From Haliotis rubra (Eukaryota): DNA of 64,000 nt. Of this stretch, positions 54,907 through 64,000 are shown piece by piece. The notes beneath the pieces were generated by a model. The model saw only the letters and a list, made by a program, of their open reading frames with translations, was not told the DNA's origin and ran no database searches. The position numbers and the translations under genes were made by a program. The DNA is taken from the NCBI RefSeq assembly GCF_003918875.1, contig NW_025767079.1:2852001-2916000 (forward strand). Reading direction: 5' to 3'. Numbering within the stretch: the first letter of the stretch is position 1; each line of letters opens with the position of its first letter.

Positions 54907-56424
54907 CCATATCTTGCAAAATCTGTCAGCAGCCCAATCAATGTTTGTGAGAGCTTCCTTTCCGATTCATCTGGATCTGTTGAACTGATGGGGAAAACCT
55001 TTGCAAAAGCACCCAAGATGGCTTTGCTGAGACCAAAAGAGTAATAGAGGTCTTCGCCATGATCTATCCCCTTGCCATGACCGCTCATAAAGGATGGGAT
55101 GTGGTCAAACACATACATGTGTTTTCAAGCTGCTGGTGAGATTTGAATGCGCCCTCGCAGAGAGCGTCCCTGGGACAACCATTCCAGCATCACCAAGAGT
55201 GTTCATTACTGCCTGAAGAGTAACAGTATGGCTTTGAGAGGGGGCATACACCTTAGCCACGGCCTGTGTCATGTCAGAAGAGCATGCTCCGAAATAAACC
55301 TGAAGAACCTCTGGGATGAAGATGTTCCTGTAGAATGTCTTGTTCTTAACTGATGAGGATAATGAAGATTGGAACAGATAATCAGCTGCTTTTGAAAGTC
55401 TCTTGAAGAGCTCACCTTTTTTGCTTACCACCGACACCATGCAGTCCAGATCTTGGATACCTGCTTTAGATAACCTGGGGAGCTCATTAGTAACAACGGG
55501 TAGTTTTTGACAAATATCCCATCAATAGTAGGTACAGAATAGAACTCGGCTAATGCTGTGACGGGTTCATTTCCCATTGGCCATGAGGCTGCAGCCAACC
55601 TCTTGGCAGACACGGTCCTCAGACAGGCGATCATGGATGCGGAATCGCTCTGGGAGGAACAGTTTACTTTATGACCCAGTTGTCGTGCATATTTCAGTGG
55701 GTTCCTTGTGTGAGCCAATGAGGACGAAACAGACACACTCTGCATGATTGTCCTTTGAAACAAATCCTTGGGACCATGAGTACAAGGCCTGGAATGCCAC
55801 ACTAGCGGATCCTGCTGATTGTCCCATGAGGGTAATGATGTCCCCGCCAAAAGATGCAATGTTTTTCTTGACCCATTGCAGAGCAAGATGCTGGTCCCAG
55901 AGGCCATAGTTTCCCGCTGACACGTGGTCCTCTGTGCTGAGGAACCCAAGCGGTCCCAAGCCGTATTGGATGGTGACGACTATGACATGTCTATGGGCAA
56001 CTATCGATGAAGGGTCATAGGAGAAAGCATCTCCTGAAACGAATCCCCCCTCCATGTATCCAGACAATTACAGGTATGTTACTGGTTTCAGTAATTGAGG
56101 CTGGAGTGAATACATTCAGTGTTAAGCAATCCTCGTCCCCAGTGGCACCATATCCACCAAACGCCATGAGAGTTTGGACGCAAGCTGGACCATAACTGTT
56201 GGCTTTAAAGATGTGATTAAACCCAGGATGTGGCTGTGGTCGCTTGAACCGCCTGCCCCCAGTAGGCGGTACTGCGAAGGAGATTCCCAAAAAGCATGAT
56301 AAGGTGTCCAGTCCTCGGTGACGTTCGTGGTCCCCTCAACTATACCCCAAGGGGTGTCGACGATGGGTTGAGCGTTGAGGTATTGCAAGGTAAACAACAA
56401 GGTGAAGACACCGATGAGAACCAT
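54907..56424 (-). pseudogene. Full-length first exon V18 with multiple frameshifts
   Basis: Esterase motifs spread over five ORFs in different frames. Confidence 0.9.
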
Positions 56425-56726
56425 TGTGTTATTTTTTAAGAACGACCATACTCTTGAAGCTTAAAAGCTTATTTTATGTAACAGTCACGTGTGTTGTTCA
56501 ATCGCAATGGTAGTATAAATAGCTTTCAAGACACAAGATACCCCAGTTAACTCCTCTTTATCTACAATGAAAAATCGGCCAGACACTTTCAACATTTGTG
56601 CATAAATGATAGCTTGGATTCAAGCCACTTCGATGCCTGTTTATGTTATTTTCTTGACTCGAACTTCAAAGGCTATGCCCGCTCGTCCCGAGAACTTATT
56701 AGAATCAACGCTGATTAGCTGATGAT

Positions 56727-57518
56727 GAGAGGCATAGTAGCTTGGTAACAAACTGGTTTTATACCGGGTAGTGAAAATACAAGATTGTTATATGATATAA
56801 TGTTTGAAACAAAGAAACAAAACATTCCTGGTTTGCTGATTCTGATTGACTTTGAAAAAGCGTTTGACACTGTTTCAAAATATTTTATCAACCTGGTTTT
56901 ACATAAACTTGAATTTGGCCCTGAAATGATAAGATGGATAAATATATTAACCTATGAAACAACATCTTGTGTTATCAAACATGGTAATCTATCCGAATTC
57001 TTTGCAAATGAAAGGGGATGTAGACAGGGAGACCCACTATCCCCATATCTTATCCTTTTTGTGGCTGAGATTCTTGGTTGCATGATAAGAAATAATGAAA
57101 ACATCAAAGGTATTGTCATCAATGATAATGAATATAAATTGGATCAATATGCCGATGATACTGAACTATTTCTTGATGGAACTGAAGAGAGTTTGTACTC
57201 TGCTATTGACACAATTAATAAGTTTTACAAAATGTCAGGCTTGAAAATTAATTTAGACAAATCAAAAGCAATCTGGATTGGATCCAAAGCTAAATCTATG
57301 GATAAAATATGTAATGATCTGAAAATTGAATGGGTAATTGGTGAATTTGATGTACTAGGTATTACATTTACACCAGATCTTAAAGACTTATGGGTAATCA
57401 ACACAAGAAAGAGAATGGAGGGAATTAATAGACTCTTAGCATCTTGGAGAAAAAGAAAGTTAACACTTATTGGTAAAATAACAGTATTAAAAACTCTAGC
57501 AATCTCCAAATTGGTCCA
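56727..57518 (+). mobile_element. Non-LTR retrotransposon RT fragment (L1/Tx1-like)
   Basis: IDFEKAFD, RGCRQGDPLSP, QYADD, SGLKIN, LTLIGKITVLKTLAISK; truncates the esterase promoter region and is itself interrupted by the LTR. Confidence 0.9.
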
Positions 57519-58042
57519 TGTTCTGAAGGCATTTTGGTTTTATCACTTAAACTGCTTGCTCAAACGCACTCAGTGCATACTAGGCGTATCGCCTGAACAC
57601 ACCTGGAGAAGTGCACGGGAAAAGGAATAGGTTTTGCATATATAAGACGGTGGTCAGCGATACACGGGACATTCGCTCCTTTCTGCCATTCGGTGCTATT
57701 ACTTACAGTTCGTGTTTAGGCATTTAGACTACGAATGACTTTCCTGTTAGATGTGTAGGTTCAATTGGCTATTGTGGCGTTAGATTGTTGAACTTGCATT
57801 AGTATGTTTGAAGGTTAGGCAATTAGCGGTAGTTAGCGGGTCATTTCATTTCAAAGTTCATTTAGAATCACTTAAGAGAATCACGTTTAGTTCTTTGTAA
57901 ATTTCTATAGTTTTCTCACTTATAATAGTTATCACGTTTAGTTCTCTTTTAGACCAAAAGGTAAGTTCACAATTTTAGTTGATTAGGATTTCAGTTAATT
58001 TGCATAGCTCTGCCCAATCGTTTTATTTTCCACTGCGCAACA
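57519..58042 (+). repeat. 5' LTR (524 bp, TG...CA)
   Basis: Matches 63722-64000; immediately followed by the PBS. Confidence 0.9.
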
Positions 58043-58044
58043 TT

Positions 58045-58062
58045 TGGTAGCAGAGCATGGTT
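58045..58062 (+). other. Primer-binding site complementary to the initiator tRNA-Met 3' end
   Basis: TGGTAGCAGAGCATGGTT, 2 nt after the LTR end. Confidence 0.8.
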
Positions 58063-58180
58063 CCTCTGGTTAGAATATTCAGTTATAGTTGTGTTAGCAT
58101 TTAGTTCAGTTAGATAGTTTAAGACATAGAAATAGGTACTGTGAAATAAGTCAACTGAGTCCAAGCCAACTGCTAAGTCT

Positions 58181-61100
58181 ATGTTAGAGGTCGCTCCTGG
58201 CGAGATAGAACTGAGAATAGCCAAACTTAAGCATCAGAAGACTGTATCAAAGTCGGCTTTAACTAAAGCAAAGAACAAATTGTTGAATTTAGTTGAAATT
58301 GAGACTCCAGATCGTAAAACAATCAGGAATGCCATAGACCAGGTTAGTTCCCTGCAGAGCAAGGCTATAGGTATCATAGTTGAGTTATTAGAGGCTTACA
58401 GCTTGATTGGTGACTCTGACAAGTTCAGAAAACTAGTAAGGAAATTGAAATTGTTGAAGATGAGATTCAACTGGCCCTTGATAATGCTGAAGGGTTTCTT
58501 AGAACCAATGCACCTGCTAGTTCAAAGGCATCGATCATTAAGTCTGGAATATCAAGGTTATTTCATTCTGACGCAGGTCATTCGCATGAGAACTGTAAAG
58601 GTTCACAACATGGTTCAGGCGTTAGTCAAGGTGACAAACCTAGTTCACCCAACATAGGCTGTGTTTCACAAGAGTCAAATGTGGTTAGTAAGCTTCCACT
58701 TAACACCGAAGGGTATTATTCCTCTTCAGATAAGTCATCTAGGCAGCACAAATTAGGTGAAGACATGTGGAAACAATTGAAGCGAGTATCCATCCCAGTA
58801 TTTCATTGTGACACTAGAGAATACGAAGGCTGGAAAGCTGCTTTCATGGCATGTGTTGATAAAGCTCCAGCCACTAATGAGTATAAGCTTCTGCAGCTTA
58901 AACAGTATCTTTCTGGTGAAGCAGCACAACTTGTAGCTAAGTTAGGTCACAGTGCCTCAGTCTATGATGTGGCCTTAGAAAGGTTGGATAGAAAGTATGG
59001 CGGCAAACGACGTCAGATAGCACTGAAACTGGAAGAAATATATAATTTCAGGCCAATACGACCAGGGAGTGCTAAAGATTTGGACAATTTTGCTGACATG
59101 CTTGATGTAGCTGTGGTCAGTTTGAGGGAATCTGACACGATAGAGGAATTGGGGAGTGGGTGTTTGTATTCACTACTGGTTAAAAAGATGAATGAGGCTA
59201 TGATAACGCAGTTTCACAGATGGATGTTTGAGCACCAAAGACAAGAGTCAGTTGAGACACTTAGGAATGGGTACTACAAGAGGCAGAGTTCCAGACAATA
59301 GCTTCAGAGGTAAAACATGGAATAGTTAACAAATCAAAGACAACAGATAGGAGAGATAGTTACAAGAAAGGAACATTCGCAAACACTCATAACCGAGCTA
59401 AGGCAAGGCAATGTCATGTTTATCATGGAACAGATCATGACACGTGGGGCTGTGCACAGTTCAAATCTCTTGGTCTACCTTGGCAAAACAGTTAGGTTTA
59501 TGCTTTCGCTGTCTTGACATCGGTCATCTGGGTAAATCATGCAGTAGAATTGTGAAATGTGGGCTTGATGGCTGTAAGGCAAATCATAACAGGTTACTTC
59601 ATGACAACAGCAAAGTGGCCAGGAACGATAGGGCTGACAGTACTAGTATTGCGGAGGTTAATGATACAACCACAAAGTCTCATGAAAGTAGATCAGAGAC
59701 AACCACCTTGTCAACTTCTAAACAGGAAGCACATTATCTTGCTCTTAGGACAATTCCTGTCGTTCTTAAGAATGGTAATCACAGAATGACAGTGAACGCA
59801 TTGCTCGATGATGCTAGTACGCATACTTACATCAACAAGGATGTAGCATATGAACTTGGTGTGCAAGGTAATACACAACAAGTGTCGGTCAATGTCCTGA
59901 ATAATAAACAGGAGACCTTTGACAGTATGCTTATTGATGTTGGCCTAGAGAGTATGGATGGTTAAGTAGACATGACCATTACAGCTTTGACAACTTCCAA
60001 AGTAACAGGTAGAATGGCAGCTATTGATTGGCGTAAACATGCAAAGCAATGGCCACATTTGAGGAATATTCAATTCCCAGAGGTAAGTTCTCGGCCCATA
60101 GTTGACATCCTAATAGGTATGGACTATTTAGAACTGCATTCTTCTCTCAAAAAAATCTGTGGGCTTCCAAGAGAGCCAGTAGCTAGGTTGACACCTTTAG
60201 GCTGGACTTGTGTGGGTCAGATACCAGGTTTAGACAGGCATGCAACACATGTTGCAGGTTCATTCTTCATACAGAATACAGAGGTAGAAGCAGATACAAA
60301 TCTTGAGTCTTTGATTCATTCATTTTGGGAATCTGAAAGCATTTCGGGTTCAACAACAGTTAGAAGTCTTGATGATGATGTTGCGGTTAAGGCTGTAAAA
60401 CAATCTCTTGTGTACAAAGAAGACAGATATCAGGTTGGCATTCCATGGAAGGAGGGTCGTGATAGTCTGCAAAACAATTATGACATGGCATACAGTCGTC
60501 TTGTCAATATAGAAAAGAAGTTGTCAAAAGATCAAACCATTTCAGAAGCCTACAATGACGTAATAGAACAGTACATACAAAAGGGTTACATTAGAAAAGT
60601 ACCTGAAACTGAAATAGGTCAAAGTAAATGGTTCTTGCCTCATTTTCCGGTCATTAAACCTGACAGAAGTACAACAAAGGTAAGAATAGTATTTGATGCG
60701 TCGGCAAGGAATAAAGGCATTTCCTTGAATGATGTTATTCATCAAGGCCCTAAAGTACAGAATGATCTGTTTGAGATCTTGCTGCGGTTTCGGAAACACC
60801 CTGTTGCAATCATTTGTGATGTTGCTGAAATGTACCTCCAAATTGAACTTGCTCAGGATGACCGTACATATCTAAGGTTTCTTTGGAGATCGATGGATCA
60901 AAACAAAAAGCCAGATGTGTTTGAGTTCTCAAAGGTTGTATTTGGACTAAATTGTTCTCCATTTTTAGCTCAGTATATCACTCAGGAACATGCGAAATCA
61001 CTTCAGAAAGAACTTCCATTAGCTGCAGCTACAATAGAAAAGTCAACCTACATGGATGACAACATTGATTCTGCAGAGACAAACAGCAAAGCTATAGAGC

Positions 61101-63598
61101 TCTACAAACAGCTGCAACAGCTGTGGAGTAGTGCAGGAATGCATGCTCGTAAGTGGGTCTCTAATTCCATACCAGTCCTCCAACAAATACCAGAAGAAGA
61201 CAGACTAAAGAGATAAACATTCAAATGAGTGAATTGCCATCTGTAAAAGCATTGAGCTTACTATGGAGTGCTGACTCAGATGAGTTTAGGTTCTCATTCA
61301 TGTCGTCTAAGCAGGATATCAAGATGACTAAGAGGAACTTCTTGAAAAGAAACTGCTAGGTTGTTTGATCCTCTAGGGTTCCTAGGTCGATTCACCATAA
61401 GAGCTAGAGTTATCCTGCAAAGAGATCGGGTGTTAACTGGGATGACACTATTAGTCCAGATCTGGAACAAAAAGCATGGACTTGGTACCAAGAGGTTGAA
61501 AGTTTGTGCTCGCTTAGAGTTCCAAGGGGACTCAAGATCAACTTAGATACTTCAAGAATGAAGTTGCACACATTTGTAGATGCATTTGGAGCTGTAGTTT
61601 TCTCAGTTACAACTCAAGGGGATTGTCAAAGGACTAGTCATCTGGTAGCTTCAAAGTGTCGTGTAGCCCCTCTCAAAGCAGTTAGTATGCCACGGTTGAA
61701 GCTTCTCGCTGCTGTTCTTGGGGTTAGACTGATTCTTGCAGTAGCAAATGCATTAGAGTTGCCTCTACAATGTGTAACATTGTGGTCGGACAGTCAGAAC
61801 GTCCTTTGGTGGATTAGAAGACAAAGTAGATGTTTTAAACCATTTGTAGCAAACAGGATTGCATACATACAGGAACATACAAACATCAGTCAATGGAAAT
61901 ACGTCCCTTCCAATCAGAATGCTGCAGACATTCTTAGTAGAGGTGCAGATGTTGAAACCCTTTCCACTGACAAATGGCTGCATGGACCTACATTTCTGAC
62001 TCGTGATGAAGATGAGTGGCCAAAACAGACAGTTGCCTCTGACAACTGTGAGAATCCAGAACTGAAAAGGCCTTCTCAAGTAAACGTAGTCATGTTTACT
62101 AAATCTGACTCAAACACTGATAGGTTAGAACCAAATAGATATTCTAGCTGGAAGAGACTCTGCAGAGTGTATGCTTGGGTCTATAGGTTTCTTAACAATG
62201 CTAGAGCTCCCTGTTCACTTAGAAAGAAGGGTGAACTGGATGCGGAGGACATTGAGGACGCAGAAACAGCAATACTGGTAAGAAATCAAAGGGAAGAATT
62301 TCCTGATGATTATTCTTCACTGATGAGAAAATCAGAGTTGTCAGCAAACAGTAAGTTGGTCGGCCTACAACCTTTTGTTGATGACAATGGGCTAATGAGA
62401 GCAGGAGGCAGACTGAGGTTTGCGGATGTATTGTCTTTTGATGCCAGACATCCTATTATACTCCAAAGACATTCCTGGGTCACCAAACTGATTGTCAAAT
62501 ATTATCATGAGCAGGTGAGTCACATGGGTACAAATAGTACGTTGTCAGCATTGTCCACTAGATTCTGGATTATTTCAGCTAGAGAGGAAATACGTCAGTG
62601 GGAAAGTCAGTGTTCATGGTGTAGAAGGCAAAAAGCCAAACCAGCACATCAGATAATGGCAGATCTCCCTAAAGTTAGGGTACGATGTTCAATGAAAGCA
62701 TTTGTGACAACAGGTGTGGATTATGCAGGTCCGTTTTACACGGTACAAGGTCGAGGTAGGAGTCAACAAAAACGTTATCTCTGCCTTTTCACATGTCTGT
62801 CAACACGAGCAGTACATTTAGAAATGGCTTTTGGGTTAGACACGGATTCGTTTCTGAATGCCTTGTTTCGTATGGCGCACAGACGAGGTAGGCCAAAGGA
62901 AATAATCTCGGACAACGGGACTAACTTCGTTGGTGCTGCAAAAGAGCTGAAACAGCTCGTTGCTGGCCTAGATTCAGGCGTAGTTAAATCAGCTTTGGCT
63001 AACAAAAGTTTCAACTGGATTTTCAATCCCCAAATGCACCATACTTTGGAGGAGTCTTTGAGTCGGTGGTGAAGTCGGCCAAAAGAGCTTTTATGCGATT
63101 TTGAGTTCAGGGGATGTTAGTTATGAGGAACTCATGACAGCCGTCATAGGAGTGGAAGTTCTTATGAATTCTAGACCTTTGACGTATCAAAGCGCACATC
63201 CACAGGATGATGTTCCACTCACGCCCAATCATGATCATTTCCTACATGGTCAGGTAGGTGGGGAATTTGCGCCAGAGTTGGACTCTACCTCCTTCAGCCC
63301 TAAGAAGCGATGGGGAAGAGTTCAAGAACTCATTAGACACGTGTGGAAAAGATGGATGAGAGAGTGGCTCCCATCTCTCAACATCAGGAAGAAATGGTTC
63401 ACACCATACCGAGACCTACAGGTGGATGACGTTGTGATTGTAGTATCTTCGGATACTCCTCGTGGAGTTTGGCCTCTAGGCAGAGTATTGAAGACCTATC
63501 CTGGAAAGGAAGGTCACGTGCGCGTTCTTGATGTTCAGGTTGGCTCTACAGTCTTGAAAAGGCCTATCACAAAGGTCTGCCCTCTTGAATGGAGTTAA
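58181..63598 (+). pseudogene. BEL/Pao gag-pol polyprotein with multiple frameshifts
   Basis: Gag (YKLLQLKQYLSG), Cys/His knuckles (CFRCLDIGHLGKSC), protease ALLDDAS, RT LPHFPV...KVRIVFDAS...YMDD, RNase H ASKCRVAP / WSDS, integrase GVDYAGP and SDNGTNF, C-terminal NSRPLT...WPLGRV. Confidence 0.92.
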
Positions 63599-63710
63599 TG
63601 GTGAACTGGTGAAATGATGCTTGTAACAGCAAATGATGTACATACTCATAGATAGTTTTCCTTTGCTTCTCCCATTTAGTCAGTTTTAATGATAGACAGG
63701 GGTCTATCAT

Positions 63711-63721
63711 GGAGGGGGGCA
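63711..63721 (+). other. Polypurine tract
   Basis: GGAGGGGGGCA directly before the 3' LTR. Confidence 0.85.
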
Positions 63722-64000
63722 TGTTCTGAAGGCATTTTGGTTTTATCACTTAAACTGCTTGCTCAAACGCACTCAGTGCATATTAGGCGTATCGCCTGAA
63801 CACACCTGGAGAGGTGCACGGGAAAAACGAATAGGTTTTGCATATATAAGACGGTGGTCAGTGATACACGGGACATTCGCTCCTTTCTGCCATTCGGTGC
63901 TATTAGTTACAGTTCGTGTTTAGGCATTTAGACTACGAATGACTTTGCTGTTAGATGTGTAGGTGGCGTTAGATTGTTGATCTTGCATTAGTATGTTTAA
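63722..64000 (+). repeat. 3' LTR (partial)
   Basis: About 8 substitutions and one ~14-bp deletion relative to the 5' LTR over 279 bp (counted by eye). Confidence 0.92.

Larger units (their letters stand above)
57519..64000 (+). mobile_element. BEL/Pao LTR retrotransposon, decayed; 3' LTR runs off the window
   Basis: Paired LTRs, PBS, PPT, and gag-PR-RT-RH-IN order with BEL-type motifs. Confidence 0.95.

Noticed and set aside
57519-57630. C-terminal tail of the 281-aa RT ORF
   Set aside because: Read-through into LTR sequence, not part of the LINE protein

Overview
Eukaryotic, repeat-rich DNA. The SINE and MITE style suggests a marine gastropod such as abalone; this is inference only. Most of the window (about 6.4-56.7 kb) is a minus-strand tandem cluster of secreted type-B carboxylesterase (alpha/beta-hydrolase) sequences. 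There are about 18 copies or fragments of one large ~1.54-kb first exon encoding the signal peptide and the whole catalytic triad. Copies that keep their 5' end have a TATA-like element, and copies that keep their 3' end have a phase-2 GT donor. There are only six copies of a 220-nt terminal exon (DPNN...NIVG*). Each terminal exon lies downstream of 1-5 first exons. Three of the four intact first exons (13210-14774, 36306-37843, 45495-47035) can reach a terminal exon only by splicing over another first exon; the fourth (10048-11588) is adjacent to one. This suggests a UGT1A/protocadherin-like 'variable first exon -> shared constant exon' esterase locus that was then block-duplicated six times, with a 34-bp minisatellite at each junction. 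The window also contains a Tc1 DD34E insertion with an empty paralogous site, SINEs and MITEs with TSDs, a near-identical 6.45-kb tandem duplication that creates a chimeric exon, an L1/Tx1-like RT fragment, and a decayed BEL/Pao LTR retrotransposon at the right end.
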